A stretch of DNA of 64,000 bases, from NCBI RefSeq assembly GCF_009914755.1, contig NC_060930.1, one strand, 5' to 3'. Shown here in pieces: positions 11,556 through 28,771 of the stretch. The stretch is from the human T2T-CHM13v2.0 reference genome, Homo sapiens. The translations under genes and the position numbers were made by a program. The notes below the pieces were generated by a model. The model saw nothing but the letters and a program-made list of their open reading frames with translations. It made no database searches and had not been told where the DNA came from. Position 1 is the first letter of the stretch, and every line of letters begins with the position of its first letter.

Positions 11556-14079
11556 CTGAAGAAACCACAGAACATTTGAGAGTGTTGTCAAGGTTTTGCT
11601 TAATGAGTTGATGTCAATGATTCTTCACCACCAGAGAACTAGATACTTTAATTGTGTATCTTAATTAAATTCCATTTTAAAAGTACTTGGGACCATGAGA
11701 TAAGATAATCTATGTAGAAAATAAGCATCATCAACTGGTTTCACCTTTCATCTGCTTTCTGAATCATTTAGGCTACAGAGAATAGATGCCATTGAGTTCT
11801 GGAGGATAAGACCCAGTTACATGCCCCATGGTAAGGGTCTCTCTCCATGGCCTACATTTAGAAGTTGTGCTGCTTTAGAGATAAAGTGTCTAATACTCAG
11901 AGCCGTGAGAGGAAGTAAGGTTGGGCGGAGAAGACCTACAATTCTTTGCTGTTGTTGTTGAGGGTCTGTTCCCCAGACTCCCTCTCTACTGGCTGTTCTC
12001 ATGAGTAGAAGGCACTTATCTAGTAGCCACCTAACACTGTAGTGAGATTATAGACTGCACTTGGACCTAAGCCTGTGGTAACTGAATAATCTTAGAGGAA
12101 AGGAAAAGGAGATTTGTCTTCCATTTAAATCTTACTGTTTGCATCCTTCCCAGAGGGCTAAAAGCAGAACTGAGTGACATCAGTATGCAATTCTAGAAAT
12201 AAAAAGATTAGTGATAGTAAACACCCATTGAAATAATGCAACATAACAAAATAATAGGAATAATAACCCAAACACCATTTCAACCTTCACACACACCAAA
12301 AAAAAAAAAGGTGAGGGAGAAAAAAGCTTGCTTGCTTTTTCAGGTAAAAAGTTGAAACTTTACAAAATGAAATTAGCTTTTAGTCAAATTGCTTAAATGA
12401 TGATGGCAGGCTATTTTCTCTTGATTTTCAGTCTTCTAGTTTGTAGCATGATAGTGTCTATTACCTCCAGCTTTTTGTACCCCAAAAGAAAGCTAGAAAA
12501 ATTTATCTATGGTTGGCAGACACAACTGAGTGATCTAATCTTCAGTGACAAATACTAAAGAGACTTTCATTTCCTTTATAACACATATTGAATCAGTGTT
12601 TGCTTAGTAGGTAGAAAGGTGCTGGATACCAGGCGCAACTCTTGCCAAGATAGGAAGAATTCAGGAGAGGATTCCATAGAAGGTTGCTTCAGTCTATGTT
12701 TTAGAAAATTGCTTTACTGGTCTAATTTAAATTAGTTTAGACAAATCAATTAAAGTAAAGATAAAGCATTTTTGAAGGACAATTAGAATAATATGGACAC
12801 AGCTTTGTAGCATTTATCTAGCATACAATTAAGCTAGTGAAATGTAAACTATACTTACTTAGATTAGAGAAAGTAAAATAGCTCTTATTCCTCTAACATT
12901 CAGATTCCTATACTAGCTTACATTCTAAGTAAGAACTGAAGCTTTGGAGATTTTAAAGATAAATGTAGGTAAGGCCTTGACCATGAGCAAGAAATGCACT
13001 TAACCAGGGATTATAAGGTGCAAAGAGAAGTTTGTGAAATTCCTATTATATGGAATTTTCTGATAGGTCCTCATCATTAATGTCAAGCAATTTCTAAGTA
13101 TAAACACTGTCCAAGTTAAAAATGGATTGTTGCTACCACCTTATTAGTAAAACCACACAGGGAAAAAGAAGAAAGGATTAAAGTGTATTTTCTTTCCAAC
13201 AGCAGTCTCTTTTCTTCCATCCTCTATTCTACCTCTTCTCTTTCATTTGTGAGCCTCAGTTTCTATAGTTTTGACACCCACTGTTAAGAGAATACAGTTT
13301 GAATGGTTGCAATACATTTCCATGTAAAAAGTTATAGACTATATCAGTAAAACATTCAGGTCAAGGCCACTGGTCAAGAAGAAGATGCCATTTTACAAGT
13401 CCACAGGTGCACACACACTCTTTCTCTCTCTTTCACACATATATGCATACACATACACACAAACACACTACACACACGAGTGCAAAATCTCCCTAGGAAT
13501 GGCTACTCTACCCAGTGGTATTCTTCAAATCATTGAAATGTAAACACTTAGGGAAGAAACCTGACACTTAAGAGGAAAACGGAAAAGTAGAGCTTCACCT
13601 CTGAATTCAGTAAACAGTTACCTCCTTCCTGAACTGAGCCAATTTGAGGAGATGGTTTATGTTGCAAGAAAGGTGCTTTAGAGAATGTTAATTGGGAGGT
13701 CTAGCAAAATAGGAGCTTTTAAAACCATGAATAAAATTAGGAAGATGACTGTTAAATATAAGTTACATTTTCCCTAACATCAGGTGCCATAAACTACACT
13801 AGTCTGAGTTTTCTCAGCAGGTGATGGTATTGTTCACAGTCAGTTGTCAGAGCCTTTCTGCTCCTCAGTGTGAAATTAGTAATAGGAAAATGAAATCAAT
13901 GAGCTGTAATCTAGTTAGAGACAGAGAGAGACAGAGAGAGAGAAAGAAAGAGAAAATGAATGAGAATATAGTCCAAGGTAGATGCAGTCTCTAAGTCCGC
14001 CTAGCTATGCTCCAAACCTCAAATTTTGACCTTTGCCTTTTTAGTTTAGACTTTACTGATTTCGTAAAGCTCTTTCCTA

Positions 14080-14695
14080 TGAATAGCCCTTGAGTCAGAT
14101 CTTCTTCTTAGTATATTGCGACACTAATTTGCTTTTTACCCAAGTGGACATGTTTTCCTTAATCTCCCCTAAATTTCCTATCATTGATTTTGGCCCAACA
14201 ATTAAGCTGTCTATCACACTAAGGTTTTTCAGAACTTTGGTTCTGTTATACAATGCAGAAACTTTCCTCTTTATTTTAATACCAGCCATTAAGCTAAAAA
14301 TCTATGATGCCTTCAATCACATTGTTAATTAATGTGTCCAGCAGAGTGGGATTAATGACAGCCTTGCAGCACTCCACAAGAGACATCTTTCAAGGTTGAC
14401 AACTGCCCTTACATCCACACTTTGGGTGTCATTGTACAACCAGCTGTGAATTTCCCTTACTTTGCTGTTATCTAGCTTACCTTCCTCCTCCCCTCCAACT
14501 TTTCTTACAGTATGTGGGGAGACTTTGTCAGATGCATTGCTGAAATCCTGCACTCAATTATATTGCTACTGCTCTAATAACTCATTTATAAAAGGAAATA
14601 CACTTACTTTATTACATATCTTACTAAATCCATGCAGCATTTCAGTGATTACTTCTACTTTTTAAATACTAACACTTCAGCTTTTTAATAATCCA
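14080..14695 (-). mobile_element. CR1/L3 LINE reverse-transcriptase remnant
   Basis: Minus-strand peptide DFSNASDKVS...VREIHSWLYNDTQSV resembles CR1 ORF2 DFSKAFDKVSH...VRWIxSWLxxRTQRV; HGF motif near 14630. Confidence 0.75.
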
Positions 14696-15085
14696 TTGTG
14701 AACAAATTGTCATAAATCCATTCAATGGAATACTTACCAGCAATAAAAAGAAACAATATATTGATAAATACAACATAAATGAATCTGAAAATTATTATAC
14801 TAAATGAAAGAAGCCAGTCATGAAAGTCTATAGACTTCATGATTCAGTTTATATGAAACTCTGGGGAAACGTGAAAATTATAGGAACAAAAATGAGAGCA
14901 GTGATTGCCAGGAGCTGGGGCTTGGGAGAGTGAATTGACTGGCAAACACACGAGAAGCTTTTTGGGTAATGGTGGTAGTTACACCACTGTGTGGGCTTGT
15001 TAAATTTCAACCAACTGTAAGCCTGAAAAGAGTAAATATTACTATATGCAAATTCAATCTTGATAAATTCAAATTTTGAAAATAT
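14696..15085 (+). mobile_element. Old L1 (L1MC/ME-like) 3' end
   Basis: aatggaatact...aaatgaaagaagccagtca...gtgattgccaggagctgggg. Confidence 0.75.
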
Positions 15086-15834
15086 CCCATTACAGAAATG
15101 TGTTAGACTAATTAAATATAATTTAATAACCCAGAGTTTCTAAAATCTTTTTTCCTCCTGCTTTAACTATTAAGGCATGTCTCTCTGTTTAATTGTACTA
15201 CTTTATGTCCCATCTTCCAGGATTTCTCAAAGATTAAAGATTACCTAACAACTTCATTGTCTCTGAAACATGTGCTTGTGTTTTCTTTGTCCATAAATAG
15301 GTGATTTCTAGACTTAAAAAAAGGTCTCAATTTTATTTATTATACTATTGCCAGCTTTAAAGATTGAGCTCTGAAAAGAAAGCAAAGAATTATTTAATCT
15401 TTCATATGCTAACAGAATACTCTTCCCTGCAAACATTAGGCCTATCTGCACTATTCCTTTTTCTCATTCTTGGAACAAAACTTTGAAACAAAACCCTACA
15501 AATCTGGGCATCAAAGATTCCCAAATGAAACCAAGAAACATTTAGCTATTCATTAATTCAATTATTACATACGCTGCTGTGCAATATATCCATGCAATGA
15601 AACTACATTTATATCCCTTTAATCTATAAAAATAAAAATAAAGGAATTAGTATTGTAATTAAAATAAACGTAAATAAAACTGTTTAAGGAAAAAATATCA
15701 CTGCAGAAACTGGTGTCCCCACTCCTTCTTCCCCAGGCTAGACGCCTCCTGGAGGTGACTAATACCTAACTGCTGGCAGATAATGTCAGGTGAAGTATGC
15801 ATTGATAATAATAGTTTTCCATCTCAGACCTGTT

Positions 15835-18440
<2,606 letters not shown>

Positions 18441-19422
18441 TGATTTACCACTTGTAGTAAAAATCTGATATACCTGGATTGTCAGTTTTGCTCTGATGCT
18501 ACCAATGTTATTCCCATTCCCCTTCCTCACTTTGTGACAGAGAGTTTAGCCTCACCTGTTTTCTTCCCATTGTCCCCTCTGTGCTATAGTTTTACATTTG
18601 TTTGGGGATTGTTACTTCTTTCTCCCAGGAATTTTATTTAAGTCCTCTCATCACTTTGGCAAGTTTCTATCCTTTGGAAGTAACACACCTGTTTTTCAGG
18701 CATGAGGAAACTAATCCCTTTTTCATCAGTATCATCAAAGAAATTGTGAGTTTCTTTGAGTGGAATTTCAATTGGCTGAGAGAGGGAGGACACACAAACA
18801 CACAGAAATAGGAATAACGGTCATGTTTGGGTATTAAAAAGAGATAAGCTTGAGATAAACTTTGCAAAAATAAGGTAATAGAGCACGTGATTACATAGGG
18901 TGAAGGAAGGCGACCTAGGAAACATTAAGAAAACTGATATGACCTGTGAATCCTCTATAGTCACTGTTCTTTTACAAATGTAGCATAGACATGACTTATC
19001 TAACACAATGCAAGTTGTCTCCAGGGCCTCATTGAGGATAGAGTTTTAGAATTTAGAATTTAAGTAACTTCTATATTTTGACTGCCTATTTCAAACCATC
19101 ATGGGCCATTTAACCCTGGTGATATTTGCATGTGAAATGCGCTCTCATCAGTAATCTGGTGAAATTATATGCAAATGCCAAGGGTAACTTAAATATCAAA
19201 CCTGTAACTGAAAAATATTTTCCAAAGTTGAAAATCAACTCTATTGTCAAAGAGTTTGAAGATTTGACTATAGTTCGTTACCTTGCAGGTGACCTTAGTC
19301 TTATTTATTTATTTTTTTTCCTGTCTAGGATCAAAAGTCAGACCTTCTATTTCTAATTTTCTTTTTTTTTTTTTTTTTGGAGATTCTACATTATTCCTCT
19401 CTCCTTTTCTTTTTTCTCTCCC

Positions 19423-19586
19423 TTTTTTTTTTTTCTTTTGAGATAGAGACTTGCTTTGTTGCCCAGCCTGGAGTGCAATGGTGCAATCGTAGCTCTTTGT
19501 ACTCTCAGGTTCCTGGGCTTAAGTGATCCTGCCACATTGGCATCTCAAGGCTCTGAGATTACAGGCATGAGCCACTGAACCCAGCC
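19423..19586 (-). mobile_element. Alu monomer (FRAM-like)
   Basis: Single diverged Alu arm with T tail. Confidence 0.7.
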
Positions 19587-19991
19587 CCCTCCTTTTCTGT
19601 ATGTCACTGTGAATGAGATACACACCTATTTTTCTGGATGACTGGGGCTAAAAGAATAGCATGATGTTCCCAGAACTTTTTAAAACATACTGTGATTGCA
19701 CACTTCTTTTTACATTATTGTAGTACATTAGATTACTTTAATTATTTGGGGTTCATAAATTTCACTGAAAACTGCTAGAAAAGAATCTTTGCCTTACATT
19801 TATTATCATTCTGTGCAGTGTGCTATGCATATTTTTAATATGCAGGTAATGTTAAATTAGGTAATTAACAAAATTTACATAATGTTTTTCATATTGAAAG
19901 ATGACCTTTCAGGTCATGAAAGTCAAAATGACTTTTTTTTATATTGAATATCCTTCAATTGATTTTAGAGTTCTTTGTTGAACGAAGTGGC

Positions 19992-20283
19992 TTTTTTTTT
20001 TTTTTTTTTTGAGACAAAGTCTCCCTCTGTTGCCCAGGCTGGAATGCAATAGCACGATCTTGCCTCTGCCTCCTGGGTTCAAGCGGTTCTCCTGCCTCAG
20101 CCTCCTGAGTAGCTGGGATTACAGGCATGCACCACCACACCCGGCTAATTTTTTTTTTGTATTTTTAGTAGAGACAGGGTTTCACCAGTTGCTCAGGCTG
20201 GTCTCAAACTCTTGACCTTGTGGTCTACCCGCCTTGGCCTCCCAAAGTGCTGGGATTACAGGCATGAGCCACTGCGCCCAGCC
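19992..20283 (-). mobile_element. AluS
   Basis: Full dimer; TSD-like gaagtgg(c/t)ttt. Confidence 0.9.
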
Positions 20284-20859
20284 CTGAAGTGGTTTTTCAA
20301 CTTCCATAACCTGTGTCCATGTCCTTGATTTTAATAACACCATAAAGATGTTATACTCTTAAATTGAAGCTTAGAGTTGGAAAGAACCTAGCAGATGTTC
20401 TTGTTAGACTACTGTCATTTTACAAGGCTAAATAACTTCCTCCAAATCACGAAGTGCCTGACGTCAAAGCCAGTGTGAGGACTTGGTACACTTGGTTCTC
20501 AATCCAAGGCAAAGATGACAATGCAGACTGCTAATGATCAGATCCATATTTTGGAACAAGAAAGCCCATCAGTCAAGAAGTGATACCAGCTTAAGAGGAA
20601 TCTTTAAATATGGAAACAGCTCTTTTCTCAAAGTGGATAATAAAAGCATTTATATATAACTACCTACCTGTGCTTGATTTTTAAAAACCCTGCTCTTAGG
20701 CAGGAAAGTGAGTAAAAAGCATCTGATTTTACCAGCCATCAAGGCTGCCCAAGTACAAAGTTAAGTCAGAGGAACTGAGCTAAAACTGCCCACAGAAAAT
20801 GTGATTTCTCAGAGAAAAATGTACCCTCAGCCTGGGAGGAACATAAGTACAGAATATCC

Positions 20860-21020
20860 AATTTCTCAGGCAAATTATTTAACTTCTCTGGGACTCAGTT
20901 CTTCGTCTGTAAAATGGAAATAATATTATCTAGTTCTTAGTGTTGTAACTAGAATTATATGAAGTGATACAGATAAAAAACTTAGAACAGGACTTGACAT
21001 ATGTTCAGAACTCAAAAATT
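20860..21020 (+). mobile_element. MIR
   Basis: ggcaaattatttaacttctctgggactcagtt..cgtctgtaaaatgg core. Confidence 0.75.
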
Positions 21021-22239
21021 AGATATTAACTTCAATAATACCCTGTGAAACTAAATAATATTGTATATTCTGCTATAGATGAAGAGGTGAGTCACAACAA
21101 AGAGGACATGCCAATATAGAAGAAAATTTAAAAAGGAGCTCTAAACAGGAATAAAACATGAGAAAAGAGACAGTTTGTGCCTGGGGTCAAATATCTGGAC
21201 ATTAATGGTTGGCTTTACCCAGTTCTTTTTGTGGGTATCACCATGATTAATTCTTCCACCACTCCAACAATTCCATTTGTTGTCCAAGATCCCAGATAGA
21301 TTTCAAATTATTTGGCTTCCCCTCTAGTTGTCTCATTGTAGAAATAGAGCTTAAATTATTTTTCCTGTTTGGCAATGCAAGACCTTGTAGCAGAGGTGTG
21401 GATATAGTAGTTGAGCAGTGATGATGTCTTACACCACAAACTTTGGTGCAGATAATTGCCCAAGCATTGGCCATTGTTGTTTCCCACATAATCAGAGATG
21501 GGATTTTTTTTTTTCTTTTTAATATATGTTAACTATGATGGAGGCTCAGGGAAGAAAGATGGTAACAACCTATGGAATAATGAGGGACATGCAGAAATTT
21601 TACCCTCTACCCAGAAAATATACCCAGCCAACAATCTCTATCATTTATCTAAGACTTTGTTTAGATCTGCATCCTTCTGAGCCCTTTGCGTAGACTAATA
21701 AAAACAACAACCCCACATGGTAGATCTTACTATTACCTCCACTGAGGCATATTAATAGGCTGCCTTAAACCCCAAATCCTTCATTTGTATTATTATAAAA
21801 TATTATTATTTTTGCTGTTAAAGATTATGTAACTTAAGAAAGAAAACTATAGGTAGCTAAAATATTATGAAGGGTGGTATATCTGATTCAAAAACTACTA
21901 ATGTCATAATAACAGTTACAAGCTAGGACTTTAGCAGTTAATGGCTTTATTAAATGTACTATACACATATGCACAATGTTGTATATATATATATATTATA
22001 ACATGGGCATACTATGTGACAAGGATGTTTTTCTATATTATTATGAGACGTAGGAAGCAAACTGGTAGTGTCACTTCGGGACAGTTAACATAAGTGAACA
22101 ATCTGGGTAGCTTCTGTTCACAAGAAGACTAAATCTACAGTTATGTGTTTGTTCAACCAAAGATGACATTTGTCGTGGTTGGAAGAACTACCTATGCTGA
22201 GGTTACCATAACATTCCTTATATTTGCTTATTAGTTTTT

Positions 22240-22600
22240 GTTATTAGTTAATTAGTTAGTTTTCGGGACCTAAATGTTGGGTGGCTTACATAAGACAGGG
22301 TTTTATTTCTCTCTCATTTAGGAGTCTGGAGATGAATAGGTTCCTTCTAACTTGTTTTGTCCCTGCCACCTAAGCGATTATCTACATAGGGCATAGCTAC
22401 CCTTTTAAGCAAGTGGGAATTGCATGTATCACTTCTCTTTATGTTACATTGCGGGTAGGTTAAGTCCCATGTCCAAAACTCACTGCAAAAGAAGCTTGGA
22501 AATGTAGTCTCCAGCTGGATGGCCATATGCCCAGATTAAAGTGCATTACTATGGAAAAGGAGAATGAAGTCAGAGGGACAGCTAGCCATGAGGCACACTC
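22240..22600. mobile_element. Old ERVL/MaLR LTR (LTR33-like)
   Basis: ggaaatgtagtct..agctgg..gccatatgcccag motif; related copy near 49270-49720. Confidence 0.5.
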
Positions 22601-22770
22601 AGCCAATTATGATTTCTTCATGTGTAGTCTATGCCATATATGCCATTCTTGAAAGCAAGATGTTTCCACACATAGAATCTAAAGGTGTGTTTTCCAGCTA
22701 CTTCTTAATGAGGTGGAGAATCAAGTCATGTGTTAAATATTTAGACTTGGTAATAATTAGTGCGTATCAA

Positions 22771-23497
22771 TCAAAACCACAATGAGATACCATCTCACAC
22801 CACTTAGAATGGCGATCATTAAAAAGGAAACAACAGGTGCTGGACAGGATGTGGAGAAATAGGAATATTTTTACACTGTTGGGGGGACTGTAAACTAGTT
22901 CAACCATTGTGGAAGTCAGTGTGGCGATTCCTCAGGGATCTAGAACTAGAAATACCACTTGACCCAGCCATCCTATTACTGGGTATATACCCAAAGGATT
23001 ATAAATCATGCTGCTATAACGACACATGCACACGTATGTTTATTGCGGCACTATTCACAATAGCAAAGACTTGGAACCAACCCAAATGTCCATCAATGAT
23101 AGACTGGATTAAGAAAATGTGGCACATATACACCATGGAATACTATGCAGCCATAAAAAATGATGAGTTCATGTCCTTTCTAGGGACATGGATGAAGCTG
23201 GAAACCATCATTCTGAGCAAACTATCGCAAGGACAAAAAACCAAACACTGCATGTTCTCACTCATAGGTGGGAATTGAACAATGAGAACACTTGGACACA
23301 GGAAGGGGAACTCACACACCGGGGCCTGTCATGGGGTGGGCGGAGGGGGGAGGGATAGCATTAGGAGATACATCTAACGTAAATGATGAGTTAATGGGTG
23401 CAGCACACCAAGCTGGCACATGTATACATATGTAACAAACCTGCACGTTGTGCACATGTACCCTAGAACTTAAAGTATAATAAAATATATATATAAA
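22771..23497 (+). mobile_element. 5'-truncated L1PA (L1PA5-like), sense to TFAP2D
   Basis: ORF2 C-terminus (ORF 22907-23278 ...MFSLIGGN), 3' UTR, AATAAA 23479; TSD taataattagtgc(g/a)tatcaa (22751-22770 / 23498-23517). Confidence 0.93.
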
Positions 23498-23735
23498 TAA
23501 TAATTAGTGCATATCAACTCTATTAACGACAAGTCTTCCAAACTGGTCCTACATTTCTTACATAGTCAAGAGCAATACCTTCAACTGTGTTGTATCTTCC
23601 ACAATGCTTAGCATCATTTAGGAACACAATGAATACCTGTTTAATTGAATGTTCTGAATTATATGGAGAGATTTGCTATTTCACATGATACTGCAAATCA
23701 TTCACCTCTTTTTTCCTATCACTTCTCATTTCCAG

Positions 23736-23955
23736 TTTGATCACTCATGGCTTTGGGACTCCGGCAATATGTGCAGCTCTAAGCACTTTCCAAACAGTTC
23801 TCAGTGAAATGCTGAACTACTTGGAAAAACACACTACTCACAAGAACGGCGGAGCGGCGGATTCTGGCCAAGGACATGCCAACTCGGAGAAAGCTCCCCT
23901 GCGGAAAACTTCAGAGGCTGCCGTGAAAGAGGGCAAAACAGAAAAGACAGACTAG
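23736..23955 (+). CDS. TFAP2D: TFAP2D terminal coding exon
   Basis: Long pyrimidine tract and TTTCCAG acceptor (AG 23734-23735). Encodes (S)[39 protein letters not shown]...KTEKTD-TAG. The SLITHGFG motif is AP-2 family and the C-terminus is recognised as AP-2 delta. Confidence 0.96.
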
Positions 23956-25920
23956 CTACATCAAACAGAATCTATTTCCAGAGAGTCTTGCTGCTGATAT
24001 TTTTTCTAATATATATATCATTGAGGGTGACTAATCTTCAGTGGACCAAATCTCTACCCTTCCCCAACCCTCCATAAAAAAACAAAAATGGAAATGAAAA
24101 ATGAAACAAAAAAGGACAAAACCAAAAAAAAAAAGAAAAAAAAAGGAAAACAGCAGTGTAACTGTGTGATGAAATTGTCACCTTTTAATTTTATGTTATG
24201 ATAAACTCCTTTGTGCACGTAACTTATTGTCTGAATTATATACATCACAGTTTTTAAGCACTTCTGGACTTTGGAGAGGCAGCACATGCTTTTTCACATC
24301 TAACTGATGCACTTTCTTACCCAACTATGTAGGTAGGGATCAGAAAGCATAACCAAACTGGAATCCACCACCAGTACTTACAGCTCCAGTCTTTCTCGAC
24401 TTAACTCCCTTTAACTGAAGAGTGCCTCATTCCACTAAATAGATCAATCTGGAAATTAGTCTATTAATAAATATTTGGGTAACTGAAAAGGGCAGTTATG
24501 AATCTGTGAGTTGACAACAGATCTAAAAATTTTGATCACCCCTAGCCCGCTTAACTACCAGTGCCTTGGCGGTATTTAAAAATTCCAGGAAACTCTCTCA
24601 TATCTATGACATTCCCACCTAATCCCAGGTCCATTTTACCCCACCCCAATAGCTAAGAAGATACTGGAAAAGTATATTACCCAAGGGATAAGAGATGAAC
24701 TCTTCCATCCATTCTCTTCACATCACCAACCTAGCAATTCAAGAAAACAGACCCACTGCATTTAGTGGGTCAGGGCAGGATGGATATAGGAAAGAGTAGC
24801 TTTGCCTCTGTTGGGCTCCTGATGGAAAGCAATGGCATTGTTTTGCCTGGAAAAGCATGGGAATAGGAACAGTGATCTTTCTGGGAAGTCCTGCTTCTCA
24901 GAGATGGGAGAAAAGAACAGGGACCTAGGAGAGGCCCCTGGAAGTGCTGGTGGCCAATGATTGTATGGTTAAGATGAGAGCCTTCCTTTTTCTGCTTTTG
25001 TGCTTCTTCTACCTGCCCGATGGCTGTATTCTAAACCTTTAGAGGCACAAAAGCATTCAGGTCTGTGTTCAATAAAGAGAACAGAAACAGTGATCAGAGA
25101 AAACTTTTGCTTTTAAGATGCTTTCTTTTTTCATAGCTTGTTTTTATAACTTCATTGTCCTTTAGTTAAGACACTGAAAACAAGAGGTTCCTGGCTGCAA
25201 AGGCAAGGGGCTAATTGAATGAAAGTTTGGTCCGTATAAACCTGAATGTGTCAAGAAACCTGATTGGTATCACATTGTACTAACCTTTCTACTATTAACA
25301 ATTCTCAAACTTCTAGGCCAATAAAAATGTAGGTCATTGTCTATGTAAAAGGAAAAAAAGAACTCTTTTATTAATGTGTGGACTCCTGACAGTTTAAGAT
25401 GAAAACATTCTCCTCTCATTAACATATTTAATTACTTTTTAAAAGCCTCTATCATATTATAACCCCATGGGAAATATTAGTATTATTTTTAATTGAGGGG
25501 AAATAGCTCAAGAGTTTTCATGTAAAGATCACAAAAACTATTTTTACCTAACAATAATTCTTAAAAATTATTTGACCTTGATCTTCAATCTTGTACAGAA
25601 AAGTAGAACCATACCAATGAAAAATTAGATTTTCTAGCCTAAATTTAATTAACAGAAAACACTACTAAGGAATTCCATAACAGAAGAGCTTAAAATAAAG
25701 AAATGTGAAATAATGAATTGTGATTTCATGTGTTTAGTTCCATTTTTAAAATTTTTCTATTATTCATGGCTTAAATTTTTTTTGAAATAAAATAGAATAA
25801 AGCCAAAATTCTGCCGCAGTTCCAAATTTTCTCACAAAATATATGATTTAATCTTACATGATATTTCCCATATTGTAAAATATACACATGAAATAAAAAT
25901 GATCAATATTTCAGTTTAAT
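23956..25920 (+). other. TFAP2D: TFAP2D 3' UTR (end uncertain)
   Basis: Sequence after the stop with no recognisable repeat. Candidate poly(A) signals: CATAAA 24073, AATAAA 24466, 25071, 25320, 25892. Confidence 0.5.
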
Positions 25921-26715
25921 AAGTAATAGGAAAGTTATGTACAGATAATGTGGACAATTACTTCCTCAATTAAATTTCCACATTAACTTGCTTTTATTCT
26001 ATTTATTATTAACAATACATATGTATTTAATATGGCATTTTGATATGCATATCTGCTAGGTACTTTATGTAGTTATATACCATGTCAAATGTTCAACAAT
26101 AATCAGACAAAAAATTAGATCTGGCTTATATTACCAGCTTACTTTTTCACCTTTAGCTGTGACTAGTTGGCATTCTAAACACCTCAATGGGATGTTATTA
26201 CTTACTAGCCTTGGAAACAAAAATATAACTACAGTGCATTTTATTTACCAGGATTCAGGGTGTTTTAAGAGCCTTAAATGGACAGCGCCCATCATTTAAC
26301 TTAACCAGCCACTAGGATATAAAAGAATTGATGGACTGGTCATATTTAGAATCATTATCATATTCTAATAGACATTGTTAACATACCAACTTTTGCCTTG
26401 TATATAATAGGTACTCACCACTTTTTAAATAAATGAATAAATGAATGTGTGTGTGTTCTTTGTCCAAAATGGGCCAAAGGACCTTTTAATTTTGATTTTT
26501 TTTCAGTACTCAGTGCTTTAATCTGGTTTGCTTCCTCCATTGTAATTTATAAATAATTATTTTTATTTGAATAAGAAAACATTTCCAAGAAGACACATTA
26601 GTTTCAGATAGATATATTTCATATGGAACAATAAAGAAAACTAGTTAGTTATTAGGATTTCAACAAAAGTGAAGTTATTACCTTTATTGTAGTTTATGGT
26701 AAAAGAAGATGGCTT

Positions 26716-27217
<502 letters not shown>

Positions 27218-27709
27218 TTATACAAAGATATGTTTGTTTTAAGACTGTTTCAATAATCCATTTAATGCCACTATCATGGATATGTCGAGTTACCATTTGA
27301 CTTAAGAGTGGTGGCTCTAGAAAAATTAATGAAAATTCAATTACTCTGTTTCTTCTCTGGAAAGATCAGAGCAATGCAAAAATGCCCAATCGATTCTTCT
27401 TCTGCCTTCTTTTTAGATGCCTTAAAAATAGAGATAATCCTTCCTGGCTTTTCAGTTCCTTTTTTTCCCATTTTTTGAGAGTATGTTCTCTTCAATGTCT
27501 AGAACAAAATATGACCCTTTGGGACCTATGAGTACCTTGATCCAAGTGTGACAGTGATAAGAGTTCAGCCCTCTGTCATGTAGTGCTTTTAAGATAAATG
27601 TGTCAATAAACTATTCTTGTTAATAATGAGTAAGGTAATACAAAACATTTTCCTGTATTTTCTTGCTTCTATGCCTCTTTGGAAGCATTTTAGAGCAGTG
27701 GAATTTAAA

Positions 27710-27746
<37 letters not shown>

Positions 27747-27819
27747 TACATATTTGAATTCTTTACACAATGAGTGTGCCATCTCCTTACAAAAACCAAG
27801 TCAGTATGTGAGAGGTGTC

Positions 27820-28075
27820 ATGACCTATAGTGTCTAAGAGTATGGACTAGAAAGCCAAACTATCTGGTTCAAATCAAGGCTCTCTTACTTGCTACTGCCT
27901 GACTCTGAGCAAGTTGCCACACCTCTCTGTGCCTCCTCCATTTTCCCATCTGTAAAATGAGGATGATAATAGATACCTACTCACAGAATTACTGTCAGAA
28001 TCAAAGACTTGGTGTATCTAAACTGTTTAGAGCAGAAAAGGGGCATGTTAGTGCTATGTGAATATTAGCTACTGT
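27820..28075 (+). mobile_element. MIR
   Basis: ctctctgtgcctc...ccatctgtaaaatgaggatgataata. Confidence 0.75.
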
Positions 28076-28771
28076 CTTTAATACTTAGAATTTGGACAAA
28101 TCATTTTTTATCTAGAGATCAGTTTGTCTTCAGCTTATTGTACCCTTTCTATGCCAGACTTCGTCCTAGAGACTGAAGATACAGAGTGGAATAGAATATT
28201 TTTATTGATGTCAAGCTTCTCATATTCTCCTATGAAGATAATAGCCATTAGAATATGGTATGTGTCATGATGAAAATACACACAGGGTGCCCAGCACAAG
28301 CCAGACCAGGATCTAGGAAACAGGAGATGGGGGGAGATGGGAGAGTGAAAAATTGAGGAGGAGAGTTGTGATCAGGGAAATGGGAAGCTAGAGATCGGGA
28401 AAAAGGGCTTTAGGATTCTAGGAGACTTAAAAACATTTGGGGCAGTAAGCTATTTTGAAAACTAACAGACACACCTTGTATTTCTGGTTATTCCTACCTT
28501 CCTTCCACATTTTGGGGCAGCTAACATGTTGCCTGCACTGCCTCAGGGAAGGAATGTGACCCAGAAGAATGGAGGCAACAAAAGTTTTAAAGAAACTTTC
28601 ATAAAAATTTTCAGTTTCAAAATCTTAGGCTCTAGAGGGGACTTGAGATTTAAAAGCATCTCAGTCAGGACCTTATTACTTCCACCCGCTCCGAAACCTC
28701 CCCCACAACACCACACACACTGGAGACCAGAAAATAATCCATAGGTTGGGGAAAGAACAAAGAAGAAGGAG

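Noticed and set aside
20459-20466. Perfect CRE TGACGTCA
   Set aside because: Single 8-mer inside degenerate repeat sequence with no supporting context
22907-23278. 123-aa ORF
   Set aside because: L1 ORF2 C-terminal fragment of a truncated element
23737-23955. Standalone 72-aa gene starting at TTG
   Set aside because: Begins at a splice acceptor; it is the TFAP2D last exon
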